A DNA stretch of 64,000 nucleotides from Parcubacteria group bacterium LiPW_41 (GCA_007375535.1 VMEM01000004.1:22545-86544), one strand, 5' to 3'; positions 20,299-30,617 are shown, counted from the first letter of the stretch. Notes: a model not told the origin generated them from the sequence alone. Translations and numbers: made by a program.

Positions 20299-21531
20299 AT
20301 GGAAAAAAATTTTATTAAAAAAAATTCCTGTTCAAGTTGCGGCGGTAAGAACTTAATACAAATTCTTGACCTTGGGATGATGCCCCTGGCAAATGCCTTT
20401 CTTAATGAAGAGGAGTTGAAGAGTGAAGAAAAGAAATTTCCTCTTACGGTTGCTTTTTGTAATGACTGTGCATTGTTGCAAATAATGGATTTGGTCAACC
20501 CAAGCGTTTTGTTTAAGGAATATGATTATATAACGTCAGCGAGTGCCCCACTTATTCCACATTTTGAGGGTATGGCACGGATCTTGACTAATGAGTTTAT
20601 AAAATCAAAAAATGATTTATTTGTTGATGTCGGAGGGAACGATGGAACGCTTTTGGCGGCGATAAAAGATAATTGTCGCGTTCTCAATATTGACCCAGCA
20701 GAAAATATTGCACCGCTTTCCAGAGAAAGAGGGGTGGAAACTTTGAGTGATTTTTTTGGCACTGAGACTGCAAAAAATGTCATAGAGAAGTATGGAAGTG
20801 CAAAAGTAGTTACTGCTAATAACGTATTTGCGCATATTGCAGACATACGGGATGCGTTTGCTGGAGCGGGTATGCTTATAGGGGAAGATGGGATCCTTGT
20901 GGTTGAGGTACATTGGGTTGGGAATTTAATAGGTGATGGAGGGTTTGACCAAATTTATCACGAACATTTGTGTTATTGGTCATTAACTGCATTAAAAAAT
21001 CTTGTTAATTCTCTTGGAATGGATGTATTCAGAGTTGATTTAATCCCATTTCATGGACAATCAATGCGAGTTTTTATTTCAAGAAACAGACCTGTTGAAA
21101 ATTCAGTACTTGATTTATTGAAGAAAGAAAAAGAAATACAATTAGATAAAAAAGAAGCGTTTTTGAATTTTAGGGAGAAGGTTGAGAAAAATAAGAAAAT
21201 TTTAGTTAATACATTAAATGATTTGAAAAAAAATGGAAAAAAAGTCGTTGCATATGGAGCTCCAGCAAAAGGGAACACTCTTTTAAATTATTTTGAATTG
21301 ACTCCAGAAATTATAGATTATGCGACAGATACAACTCCAATGAAGCAGGGAAAATTTACCCCTGGCGTTCATATTCCTGTGTTTTCACCAGAGAAAGCAA
21401 AAAAAGAAGTTCCGGACTATTTTCTTCTCTTGGCTTGGAATTATGCCGACGCTATTATGAAAAACGAGGATGAATTCAGAAAGAATGGTGGTAAGTTTAT
21501 CATCCCAGTTCCTGAGATGTGGATTGTTTAA
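20299..21531 (+). CDS. NDP-hexose C-methyltransferase
   Basis: N-terminal CxxC zinc site, LGMMPLAN, DVGGNDG, FDQIYHEH, YGAPAKGNTLL, LAWNY. Confidence 0.85.
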   Translation: MEKNFIKKNSCSSCGGKNLIQILDLGMMPLANAFLNEEELKSEEKKFPLTVAFCNDCALLQIMDLVNPSVLFKEYDYITSASAPLIPHFEGMARILTNEFIKSKNDLFVDVGGNDGTLLAAIKDNCRVLNIDPAENIAPLSRERGVETLSDFFGTETAKNVIEKYGSAKVVTANNVFAHIADIRDAFAGAGMLIGEDGILVVEVHWVGNLIGDGGFDQIYHEHLCYWSLTALKNLVNSLGMDVFRVDLIPFHGQSMRVFISRNRPVENSVLDLLKKEKEIQLDKKEAFLNFREKVEKNKKILVNTLNDLKKNGKKVVAYGAPAKGNTLLNYFELTPEIIDYATDTTPMKQGKFTPGVHIPVFSPEKAKKEVPDYFLLLAWNYADAIMKNEDEFRKNGGKFIIPVPEMWIV

Positions 21532-21533
21532 TC

Positions 21534-22478
21534 ATGAAAAAAATTCCTTGCGATATTTGTGGTACCGTTGATTTTGAAAAAGTTTTCATGCAAAAAGATG
21601 TCCGCATAAAAAGGGATGGCGCTGATGAATTTCTCGTTGTCAGATGTAAAAATTGCGGCCTTGTTTGCACAGATCAACTTGCCATACCGGAAGATATCTC
21701 AACTTATTATGGCGAGCAATATTTTTCGCAATCCAAGAGATTAAATAATATTTTATTTTTTTTAAAAAAAATAAAAACATTTTTTTTAACAGAAAAACCA
21801 ACTGGAAAATTTTTTAGAAAGAGAAAACAATTTTTCGGAAAAAGTCAGGGAAATTACTTAAATATTGGTTGTGCGACTGGCGTCTTAGAAAAGTTTTTAA
21901 TAAAACAATTTCCTGGATGGAAATTTTATGGAGTGGAACCTGATAGGTTTGCATATGAAGAAGCAAATAAAATAGAAGATTTTAATGTAAAATGTGGAGT
22001 TTTAGAAGAATCTGGTTTTGGTGAAAAATTTTTTGATTTGATTCTTTTAAATCAAGTATTGGAACACGTCCCAGGTCCGAGCGCAGTGTTGGTTGAGTGT
22101 TTTAGAATTTTAAAAGATGACGGAATTTTAATTATTGCTGTTCCAAATTTTGATTCTCTTGGTGAAAAAGTTTTTGAGGAAAACTGGTATCACTTAGATC
22201 TTCCAAGGCATCTTTTTCATTTTAATAAAAAGACATTGAATAAAATGCTAGAGCGGGCTGGGTTTTTTCAGGAAAAAATTGAAAATGAGGTTCTTTTTGG
22301 ATCTTTTTTTAAAAGTATTTTAATAAAGAGAAAACTTGATTCAGAAAAATATAACAAAATCATTTCTTTTTTTGTTTTAATTTTTGATTCATTTCCATTT
22401 TTTTATACTCCAGTCGAATTATTTTTTGGTGGTGGACTATTTTCTGTTTTTAAAAAGAAATATGCAAAAACGTCCTAA
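21534..22478 (+). CDS. Class I SAM methyltransferase with N-terminal zinc ribbon
   Basis: CDICG..CKNCG, IGCATG, VLEHV, PRHLFHF. Confidence 0.82.
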   Translation: MKKIPCDICGTVDFEKVFMQKDVRIKRDGADEFLVVRCKNCGLVCTDQLAIPEDISTYYGEQYFSQSKRLNNILFFLKKIKTFFLTEKPTGKFFRKRKQFFGKSQGNYLNIGCATGVLEKFLIKQFPGWKFYGVEPDRFAYEEANKIEDFNVKCGVLEESGFGEKFFDLILLNQVLEHVPGPSAVLVECFRILKDDGILIIAVPNFDSLGEKVFEENWYHLDLPRHLFHFNKKTLNKMLERAGFFQEKIENEVLFGSFFKSILIKRKLDSEKYNKIISFFVLIFDSFPFFYTPVELFFGGGLFSVFKKKYAKTS

Positions 22479-23409
22479 GGTTTTTATTTTAATTTTACAT
22501 TGGCAGAATTATGATGTTACAAGAAAATGTCTTAGTTCTCTAAAAAAAATAAAATACCCAGATTATGAGGTTATTGTTTTAGATAACGCATCAACAAATG
22601 AGTCAGCGAAAAGGTTAAAGCAAGAATTTCCTGAATTCCTTTTCTTTTTTAATAAAAAAAATAATGGATATGGTGCTGGAATGAATCCAGGAATAGAATA
22701 TTCCTTGAACAATGGGGCTGAGTATATTTTTTTACTTAATAACGATGTTATTGTAACAAGCGAAAATTTTATAGAGAAACTCGTTTTTCTAATGGATGGC
22801 AAGAAAGAGATAGGGATTTGTGGTCCTAGGTTGTTATTCGAAAACGGAAAGTACCAGAGATCATATCGTAGTGTTTTTTTGTCCTTAGCTTTGGGATTTT
22901 ATTCTTCACAAAAAGTTGTCTCTTTTTTTAGAAAAGTTCTCAGTTTGCCTGATAAGGGTAATATTTCACATAAAGTTGATTGGCTCAATGCGGTTGCGCT
23001 TTTTATAAGGGCGGATGTATTTAGAAAAATTGGGAGAATGGATGAATGTTTTTTTCTTGGCGCTGAAGATGTTGATTTGTCGATGAGGGCGAAGAAAAAC
23101 GGATGGGAAACATGGTATTGTGCTGAATCAGAGCTTGTTCATTTAAGCTTCGTGAGCCATGAGAATAATGACGGTGTTGGCTACGATAAATATTGGGTTG
23201 AGAGTACTATTCTTTTTTTAAAAAAATATTATCCACTCTATTTAGTATTTATAGTTAAATTCCTCATGTTTTTTGGTCTCGCTCTTCGTGGAATTCAATG
23301 GATGCTTTTAAGTTTATTTAATAATACCTATCTGAAAAGGGCAAAAAGATTTTTTACGATTGGTTACCTTTCATTGGTTATGTGGCCAAAATGTACAGAT
23401 AAAATATGA
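22462..23409 (+). CDS. GT2 glycosyltransferase (rhamnosyltransferase-like)
   Basis: LDNAST, LLNND, EDVDLS. Confidence 0.85.
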   Translation: MQKRPKVFILILHWQNYDVTRKCLSSLKKIKYPDYEVIVLDNASTNESAKRLKQEFPEFLFFFNKKNNGYGAGMNPGIEYSLNNGAEYIFLLNNDVIVTSENFIEKLVFLMDGKKEIGICGPRLLFENGKYQRSYRSVFLSLALGFYSSQKVVSFFRKVLSLPDKGNISHKVDWLNAVALFIRADVFRKIGRMDECFFLGAEDVDLSMRAKKNGWETWYCAESELVHLSFVSHENNDGVGYDKYWVESTILFLKKYYPLYLVFIVKFLMFFGLALRGIQWMLLSLFNNTYLKRAKRFFTIGYLSLVMWPKCTDKI

Positions 23410-24308
23410 CGACATCCGTTTTTATTGTGGTTTTAAATTGGAATAATTTTAATGACACAAAAAAGTGCATTGATTCTGTATTGGGGTCAACTTTTGATGA
23501 TTTTCTTATCTTGCTAATTGATAATGGCTCATCTGATGATTCTTTAGTGAAGCTTAAGAAGGAATTTGAATATAACAAAAAAGTTACTTTTTTATCTAAT
23601 CAAAGAAATTTTGGATATGCAGGAGGGGTTAATCCAGGAATTAGGACGTTTCTCTCTGAAAATAAATTCAAATATCTTTGGGTATTAAATAATGATATTG
23701 TTGTTGATAAAAACGCACTTAAATTTTTAGTTGATGGTTTGGCGAGTAATACTGATTCTAAAATAGCAGGACCAACTATTTTTTTTGAAGGAACAGAAAA
23801 AGTTATGGAACAATACTATAAATTAAATCTGTTTCTTGGCAAATATGAAGTCAAAAAAAATTTAGATAGATCAAAAATAATCAGATTAGAGAATAATAAA
23901 AAAAATTTTATTGGTGGTGCCGCAATTTTTCTCGAGAGAGATGCTGTTGAAAAAATTAACATAATTCCCGAAGAATATTTCATGTACAATGAAGACGTGG
24001 ATTGGCACATGAAAATAAAAGGAGAAAAATGGGGGTATCTTTATATTGGACCCGCTCACGTTTGGCATAAAAGGAGTGCGTCTTCTGGGGGAAGAAAATC
24101 AATTATGCCAGATTATTATGATTCAAGAAATTTTCTTTATTTCATAAAGAAATTCTATCCTCTTTGGTTGCCCTATGAGTTATTAACATCTTTATTTAAT
24201 AAAGTTCTTCCCAAAATATTACGGAGAGAGTGGATTAGGTTGAGGTATGTTTTTTGGGGATTTTATGATTTTTTTGCTGGAAAAATGGGAATTTTTGAAA
24301 GAAAATAA
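23406..24308 (+). CDS. GT2 glycosyltransferase
   Basis: VVLNWN, IDNGSSD, LNND, FMYNEDVD. Confidence 0.85.
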   Translation: MTTSVFIVVLNWNNFNDTKKCIDSVLGSTFDDFLILLIDNGSSDDSLVKLKKEFEYNKKVTFLSNQRNFGYAGGVNPGIRTFLSENKFKYLWVLNNDIVVDKNALKFLVDGLASNTDSKIAGPTIFFEGTEKVMEQYYKLNLFLGKYEVKKNLDRSKIIRLENNKKNFIGGAAIFLERDAVEKINIIPEEYFMYNEDVDWHMKIKGEKWGYLYIGPAHVWHKRSASSGGRKSIMPDYYDSRNFLYFIKKFYPLWLPYELLTSLFNKVLPKILRREWIRLRYVFWGFYDFFAGKMGIFERK

Positions 24309-24310
24309 TT

Positions 24311-25117
24311 ATGAAAATTTCAGTAATTACTCCATTTTATAATGGATCAAAATTTATCAAAAAGTGTATCCAAGGAGTACAATCTCAATCTGTCACTGAT
24401 TTTGAATATATTATCATAGACGATGGATCTGAGGATGAAGAGCTTTTGATGCTTAAAGGCGCCTCAAAAGAATTTTCCAATGTCACTATTTTTTCGACAA
24501 AAAATGAAAAACAGGCTGCGGCAGTAAATTTTGGAATCAAGCAAGCAGGGGGAGAATATATAGCATTTTGTGATCAAGATGACTGGTGGTTGCCAGAAAA
24601 ATTAGAAAAACAAGCAAAATTTTTGGATGAACATCAAGACATTGATCTTGTTTATTCAGATGCTTTTTTAGGAGATGAGGCTGGAACACTGAGGCATGAA
24701 ACATGGATGCAATCTCGAAAAGTCTTTGTGTGTACTGGGGGATATACTGAGTGTGCTAAGAAGCTTTTCGAGAGAAATTTTATTTGCGCGCCATTAGTCG
24801 TTATGGTTAGAAGTAATGCGCTATTAGCCATCGGGGGTATAAACGAGCAATATACTAGTGCTTATGACTATGATTTATGGTTCCGATTATTAGAGTGGGG
24901 TTCTAAATTTGCTTACTTAGATGAGCCACTTGCTGTTTGGAGGTCTCACTCGCAGAATGAAAGTGGAGACGTGCGAAGAGCAAAGAAAATACAGACAAAA
25001 ATACTTCTGAATTTTCTTATTCGAAATAAAAAATTTGTTTTTAAACATCCGATATTGGTCGTAATAAAATTTTTTAGGATTCTTTTAGGTTTTTTAGTGA
25101 ATTACAATCCCTACTAA
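24311..25117 (+). CDS. GT2 glycosyltransferase
   Basis: SVITPFYN, IDDGS, FCDQDDWW, DYDLW. Confidence 0.85.
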   Translation: MKISVITPFYNGSKFIKKCIQGVQSQSVTDFEYIIIDDGSEDEELLMLKGASKEFSNVTIFSTKNEKQAAAVNFGIKQAGGEYIAFCDQDDWWLPEKLEKQAKFLDEHQDIDLVYSDAFLGDEAGTLRHETWMQSRKVFVCTGGYTECAKKLFERNFICAPLVVMVRSNALLAIGGINEQYTSAYDYDLWFRLLEWGSKFAYLDEPLAVWRSHSQNESGDVRRAKKIQTKILLNFLIRNKKFVFKHPILVVIKFFRILLGFLVNYNPY

Positions 25118-25125
25118 AACAGAAT

Positions 25126-26337
25126 ATGGAATTTATTAGAAAATATAAGAGTTTATTTATTTCATTGCGATCAAATGTAGTACGCAAGAAGTTTTTGATC
25201 CAAAAAACAATTGTAAAATGGATAAAAATCGTGTTTCTTGTTGTTGAAATTCCATTTGAATTGGTGGGGGATGCCCTTTTCTTTTGGAGACGATGTTTAA
25301 AAAAGAAATTTATTAACCCACAAAAAATTCTTATTGTTCGCATTGATCAATTTGGAGACGTGTTATTTTCCACGTTTTTGCTTCCTATTTTGAAAAAAAA
25401 GTATCCAGAATGCGAAATTGATTATTTGGTAAATCCAAAAACGTTAGCGATTTTAAAAAACAATCAGTATATACAGAATGTTTATTTGTGGGACGAGATC
25501 GCCCTTCATTTTATTGCGGGGAGAAAGGAAGGATCAAAAACCTCAATATCCCAAGCACTAAAGAATAATCAAGAAGTAATCAAGAAGCTTAGGGGAGAAA
25601 ATTATGATTATGTAATTAATGGACGAGCGTTTGTTCCCAGCTCAAATATATGGTGGAAATTTATAAAACCAAAACGCTTGATAGCATTTGATATATCCGA
25701 GCAGAGTTTTCTCGCTGATTATTGGGCGGAATATGGCCTTAAAAGTGAGGAGTGGGAAAACTATATGAATCTTTTGCTTCCACTTGGCATTGCAAAAAAC
25801 GAATTTTTTTATGAGCCAGTATTCAATAATTTTGATGATTCTATTTTTAATAAATACGAATTTCAGTCATTGAGGGGGAAAAACTACATAGTGTGTGCGC
25901 CCGTTTCTTTTGATAAGGACAGGCAATGGGAAGTTGAGAGCTGGCGAAAAGTCATTGTTGCATATCGTGATGCTGGTAATGCGGTTGTATTCACTGGTAT
26001 ACAAAGTCAGCTTGAATATATAAAAAATATTTTGGATGGAGTTGATGGAAAAGATATTATTGTTGCCACCAATCTCACACTTCCTGAGTTGGGTAGTATT
26101 TATAAAAAAGCAAAGTTATTTTTAGGGATCGAATCATTTCCTGCGCATCTTGCACTTGCGCTTAAAAAACCAATTATCTGTCTTATGCGAAACGATGCAT
26201 ATTATTTGAAAGGATTTTCTTCGGCCAAAACTGCCTCAGCTCGCTCAATGATACCGCTTCTTGAGGGACGAGTATTTGCGTTGGATATAAAAACAACCTC
26301 CGTAGAGAAGGTTGTCGAAATTGTGAAGTCTTTGTAG
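25126..26337 (+). CDS. GT9 (heptosyltransferase-like) glycosyltransferase
   Basis: KILIVRIDQFGDV, RQW, ESFPAHLALAL. Confidence 0.8.
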   Translation: MEFIRKYKSLFISLRSNVVRKKFLIQKTIVKWIKIVFLVVEIPFELVGDALFFWRRCLKKKFINPQKILIVRIDQFGDVLFSTFLLPILKKKYPECEIDYLVNPKTLAILKNNQYIQNVYLWDEIALHFIAGRKEGSKTSISQALKNNQEVIKKLRGENYDYVINGRAFVPSSNIWWKFIKPKRLIAFDISEQSFLADYWAEYGLKSEEWENYMNLLLPLGIAKNEFFYEPVFNNFDDSIFNKYEFQSLRGKNYIVCAPVSFDKDRQWEVESWRKVIVAYRDAGNAVVFTGIQSQLEYIKNILDGVDGKDIIVATNLTLPELGSIYKKAKLFLGIESFPAHLALALKKPIICLMRNDAYYLKGFSSAKTASARSMIPLLEGRVFALDIKTTSVEKVVEIVKSL

Positions 26338-27798
26338 TTATTCAACCATTGTTTTTGGATTAATTTTTTGGAGCAATGGTTCTTTTTGTAAAACGAGAAG
26401 TCCAAGATATATGACTCCTCCAAATCCTATAGTGAATACTACGTGCGGGGAAATAAGAGAAATAAGTAGGCACGCAATTCCCATTCCAACCGATGCGAGA
26501 ATTATTTTCTTTATGTGAGGAAATAATGAAAAAGGAATAATTTTTTTCATACTGATCCAAAGCCACCCATTTGAAAAAAGTTGTGCAATAAGTGTTGCAA
26601 AGGCGGATCCCGTGACGCCATAGGGGGGAATAAGTAAGAGATCGAGGATTAGATTTGCAACCGCGCCAAGTCCATATGCAACAATAAATGTTTTTTGTTT
26701 GTGATGTGCAAATAAAATATTTCCTAAAATTGTTCCCGTAAACACAAGTGGTACGGTAAGGAGTAATACCTGAAATGGCATAGAGGCATCAATAAATTTA
26801 TTTCCAAAAATAAAAACTGTAAGAGGTATACCAACAACAATGCCACCCACAAGAACGGGGAACGCAAACATCATAGACAGAGAGAGTGCCTTTTCTACTG
26901 TTCGTTTCACCTTTTCAACTTTTCCTTCCGCGACATACCTGCTCACTATTGGAAAAATGCTTGCTGCAAAAAGTGCTGGAAGAACATAGAGGAACATTAC
27001 TGGGCGCTGAGCAGCACCATAGAGTCCTAAGTCGTGAGCGGTGCGAAACCAACCAATAACTAATGTATCTACATTAATCATTAAATTACCAAAGAGCCCC
27101 ATTAGTGCAAATGGCCACGAACTAAAAAACACTAATCGTGCATACTGCAGGCTGAAATTACTTAAAAGTCCAGAAAAATCTTTTCGCAGTATATAGAACG
27201 TGATGAGTGTTCCAATTATTATTCCGGTTGTGTAGCCATAAGCTAAAAATTTTGCTGAGGGAAAAACAAGCAATGCAGCGATTCCAAGAATAGTAATAAG
27301 TCCATCGGTAATAATGTTTGCTCCCGACTCAATTTGCATCTTGTTTTTTGCTCGAGCAATAGAAAAGGCAAATCCACGAAGAGAATCAAACGCGAGAAGC
27401 ACGCTTACCGTAAGAAGAAGTTCTTGAATTCCTTTTACATTTGTGAGATATGGTCCCACAAACATAGTGATGCCTATGGTGACGGTAAGTGCAATAAGCT
27501 TAAGAATAAATGTAGTGGATGCGTAAATCTTGGTTTTCTCTGGTTCTTGCACCGCCTGACGAGTAAGTATTCCAGAGAGACCCATATCAGAAAATACTCC
27601 AAAAAGACCCGCAAAACTTAATGCGTATGAAAAAACACCGTATCCTTCGGTGCCCAATATGCGTGCTGCATACATTATCATAATTGCCCGAATGGAACGA
27701 CTTACAATTGTTCCAAGGGTGAGCCAAAATGTATTTTTTGCTATTGTCTGCGATTCTGTTTTGTTCTCAAAAAGGAATGACTTAATCTTCGGTATCAT
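26338..27798 (-). CDS. Wzx-type oligosaccharide flippase
   Basis: IAKNTFW, ARILGTEGYG, GLYGAA, LIPPYGVTGSA; start placed at ATG 27798. Confidence 0.88.
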   Translation of the reverse strand: MIPKIKSFLFENKTESQTIAKNTFWLTLGTIVSRSIRAIMIMYAARILGTEGYGVFSYALSFAGLFGVFSDMGLSGILTRQAVQEPEKTKIYASTTFILKLIALTVTIGITMFVGPYLTNVKGIQELLLTVSVLLAFDSLRGFAFSIARAKNKMQIESGANIITDGLITILGIAALLVFPSAKFLAYGYTTGIIIGTLITFYILRKDFSGLLSNFSLQYARLVFFSSWPFALMGLFGNLMINVDTLVIGWFRTAHDLGLYGAAQRPVMFLYVLPALFAASIFPIVSRYVAEGKVEKVKRTVEKALSLSMMFAFPVLVGGIVVGIPLTVFIFGNKFIDASMPFQVLLLTVPLVFTGTILGNILFAHHKQKTFIVAYGLGAVANLILDLLLIPPYGVTGSAFATLIAQLFSNGWLWISMKKIIPFSLFPHIKKIILASVGMGIACLLISLISPHVVFTIGFGGVIYLGLLVLQKEPLLQKINPKTMVE

Positions 27799-27880
27799 AG
27801 ATATATCCCCATTGTACCCGTCTTTCCCCAAAAACTGAATATCTCCACTATTTTCCAAAAGAATATAAATTGATAAATAC

Positions 27881-27922
27881 ATTTGTTAATACTTACCGGC
27901 GACCGCCGGTAAGTATTAACAT
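27881..27922. repeat. 42-bp hairpin repeat, left copy
   Basis: Perfect 17-bp stem TGTTAATACTTACCGGC-GACC-GCCGGTAAGTATTAACA. Confidence 0.9.
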
Positions 27923-27956
27923 CACAAGTGATATAATAAATAAGCAAAGAAAAAGA

Positions 27957-28541
27957 ATGAAAGAGAAGATAAATACAATAAAAAGGAAAAAGAGACGATG
28001 GGGGACAAAATCAATGCTTATTCTTGAATTATTGAAGGAGGGGGCATTTTGTACTGCTGATCTGTTTGGGGAAATGTTTTTAAATCCAATAACACCAAAA
28101 CAACGATATGCACGTGCAATTTTTGGACGACAAATAAAACATGAAGAATTTCACATTCCAAGAAATACCAAGATCACACTGTATAGGACGTTATATAACT
28201 TAGAAAAACAAGGATTAGTAGAAAAGAAGAATGGAGCGTGGGAGATAACGCGTGACGGAAAAGAAAATATTATAGAATCTTTACAGATAAATAGGGGGAG
28301 AAAATATATTTGTAAAAAATCTGAATACTATACAATTGTTGCTTTTGATATACCAGAAAAAATAAAAGCGAAGCGAGAGTGGTTGAGAGAGGCACTTGTG
28401 AATATGGAATTCTCTTTATTACAACAAAGCGTTTGGATAGCAAAAAAGAAAATTCCCGGAGAGTTTATTAAAGATCTACATAATATGAGAATTTCTAAGT
28501 TTGTTCATATTTTTGAGGTGACCAAACACGGAACGATATAA
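27957..28541 (+). CDS. PaaX-like protein: winged HTH plus Cas2-like (ferredoxin-fold) domain
   Basis: LYNLEKQGLVEK..WEITRDG wHTH; IVAFDIPE..REWLR..LQQSVW Cas2-like motif; TGATATAAT upstream. Confidence 0.82.
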   Translation: MKEKINTIKRKKRRWGTKSMLILELLKEGAFCTADLFGEMFLNPITPKQRYARAIFGRQIKHEEFHIPRNTKITLYRTLYNLEKQGLVEKKNGAWEITRDGKENIIESLQINRGRKYICKKSEYYTIVAFDIPEKIKAKREWLREALVNMEFSLLQQSVWIAKKKIPGEFIKDLHNMRISKFVHIFEVTKHGTI

Positions 28542-28561
28542 TACAATATAAAAGTAATATT

Positions 28562-28603
28562 ATTTGTTAATACATACCGGCGACCGCCGGTATGTATTAA
28601 CAT
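28562..28603. repeat. 42-bp hairpin repeat, right copy
   Basis: TGTTAATACATACCGGC-GACC-GCCGGTATGTATTAACA; differs from the left copy only by a compensatory T-A to A-T pair. Confidence 0.9.
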
Positions 28604-28682
28604 GTGCGGGCACACTTCAATATAGAACTAGAAAATAAAGAGAGCTCACCGATTCGGCGAGTTCTCTTTATTTGTGTGTGAT

Positions 28683-30008
28683 TTAAATAAGTTTTACGAA
28701 TATCATTTTCACTGTTTTAAGAACAATGAAGTCGTCGGTGATGGTTGAACGATGTTTGATGTAATAAATATCGTATGCGAGTTTTTCTTTTGAATCCTCA
28801 ACCGATGCGCCATAGCGGTAATTTACTTGTGCGTGTCCAGTGAATCCTGGGCGAATGATGTGGCGAATATTATAAAACGGAATTTCTTTTTCAAGGGTCT
28901 TGGTGAATTCAGGGCGTTCTGGGCGTGGGCCAACGAGTGAGATGTCTCCGCGAAGCATATTCCATGCTTGTGGAAGTTCGTCGAGATGTGTATATCTCAA
29001 AAACTTTCCAACTTTTGTGGTGCGGTCATCATTTTGTGTTGACCATTGTGCACCATCTTTTTCTGCGTCGGCGCGCATACTTCGGAATTTATAAAGTGTA
29101 AACGGAACATTATTTTTTCCTATTCGTGTTTGTGAATAAATAACTGCACCTCGTGAAGAAAGTTTTATAAGAAGTGCGATAAGAAGTGAGGGGATAAAGA
29201 AAATTAAAATAATTAGAATTGCAGCAGCGATGTCTGTGGTGCGCTTTACCATATCATAAATTGGTCTACGAACGGTGATGTGTTCGATAAACCAACTTTC
29301 GTCGAGTTCATCAATTGGTTCTTTTTCAAACACTGATTCGTAAAAATTTGGGAATGTCATCACCGAGGTTTCAAGTGGAAGAAGTTTATAGAGTGCTGAA
29401 AGTGTCGTTGGGTCGGTGAGCGCATTTTTTTGTATAACAATTAATCGTGAATCTGTCTTTGTTATTATCTCAGGAAGAGATTCAAGCGCTTCTTTTGTCA
29501 CCACTTCAATCCATTTAGTGACGTTGAATCCAACCTGTGGGTTTTCTTTTAAAAATTGAACAGTAGAAGAGAGGAGTGGAGTTGATCCGAGAATGATGGT
29601 ATTCGCAGCACTTCGAACAAAAAGTGTTCGAACGCGCATTCTCCAGAAATAAAGAAAAAGGAATGAAACAACCCCAAAGATAATGAGGTTGGTCTTTGGC
29701 ATAACTCCGAACACGGTAGGGAACAAATAGAAGCAAATCACCGAAAGCCCAGAGGCAAGAATGATGCCCCCAAACAGTGCCTTAATGAGCCATTCCCGCC
29801 CTCTGAATGCCTTGTAGCGGTAGAGATCGCCCCAATAGAAGACTATGAGCCATAAGACGAAGACAACAGAGAATGGAACAACGTGGAGATTCCAGTTTTC
29901 ATAAAAAAGGCCACTATCGCGGTAACGAATGAGAAGGGTAACCGCAAGGGCCACATACAGCACTATGATATCTCCAATAAGGAGAAGGGATTTTTTGTAG
30001 ATTCCCAT
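28683..30008 (-). CDS. Priming polyprenyl glycosylphosphotransferase (WcaJ/WbaP family)
   Basis: YKFRSM, LDELPQ, SLVGPRPERP, PGFTGHAQV, DIYYI. Confidence 0.92.
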   Translation of the reverse strand: MGIYKKSLLLIGDIIVLYVALAVTLLIRYRDSGLFYENWNLHVVPFSVVFVLWLIVFYWGDLYRYKAFRGREWLIKALFGGIILASGLSVICFYLFPTVFGVMPKTNLIIFGVVSFLFLYFWRMRVRTLFVRSAANTIILGSTPLLSSTVQFLKENPQVGFNVTKWIEVVTKEALESLPEIITKTDSRLIVIQKNALTDPTTLSALYKLLPLETSVMTFPNFYESVFEKEPIDELDESWFIEHITVRRPIYDMVKRTTDIAAAILIILIFFIPSLLIALLIKLSSRGAVIYSQTRIGKNNVPFTLYKFRSMRADAEKDGAQWSTQNDDRTTKVGKFLRYTHLDELPQAWNMLRGDISLVGPRPERPEFTKTLEKEIPFYNIRHIIRPGFTGHAQVNYRYGASVEDSKEKLAYDIYYIKHRSTITDDFIVLKTVKMIFVKLI

Positions 30009-30096
30009 AACGCTTTTATACTACCCTAATTTGCATATTTATCAAATAAAATGCATACTATGGACACTGATTTTTAAAAATTGAAAGGAGGTCACA

Positions 30097-30588
30097 ATGA
30101 AGAAATGGGCTCTATCGCCTTTAATCCGGTATTTTCGAGCGGGGCTAGTTCCATGGATAATGGTGGCACTCGTGTTCTTATTTTGGAATATCGTTTCTGG
30201 TCCGCTGGGATTTATTACAAATAACTTCTTCTTGAAAATTGTTTTGTTGTTTCCGATTGTTGTGGTAACTGGTTTTTTGAAGGAACTCTTCAAAAAAATT
30301 AAAAAACACATAATCAAACGAACATTTATTCAGGAAATGTTTCCGGATGCACTGAAGGGGAGGAAGGTTGTTCGTTGGCCAATCGCTCAAGATGTATATG
30401 CAGTTGGTGTTCTCTTAAAAGAGGATGAGGCGCGTGGAGTTTCTACGGTTATGGACGTTATGGGTGGACCAACGTCACTTACGTGGAATCAACGCGAAGT
30501 AAAATCATCTCTTGTTTCTGAAATAGAAGGACGAACGTCAATGGATCTTTTTGCTCAGCTTATATCGTTAGGCGCAAATAAAGAATAA
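30097..30588 (+). CDS. Membrane protein, possibly divergent DUF502-like
   Basis: Two TMs, VVRWP..YAVGV; strong SD AAGGAGG; terminator at about 30587-30610. Confidence 0.55.
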   Translation: MKKWALSPLIRYFRAGLVPWIMVALVFLFWNIVSGPLGFITNNFFLKIVLLFPIVVVTGFLKELFKKIKKHIIKRTFIQEMFPDALKGRKVVRWPIAQDVYAVGVLLKEDEARGVSTVMDVMGGPTSLTWNQREVKSSLVSEIEGRTSMDLFAQLISLGANKE

Positions 30589-30617
30589 GACCCCGCTATG
30601 GGGTCTTTTTTAATATT

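Noticed and set aside
27957-28541. CRISPR-Cas locus suggested by the Cas2-like motif
   Set aside because: No cas1 or other cas genes and no repeat-spacer array; only two repeats 681 bp apart.
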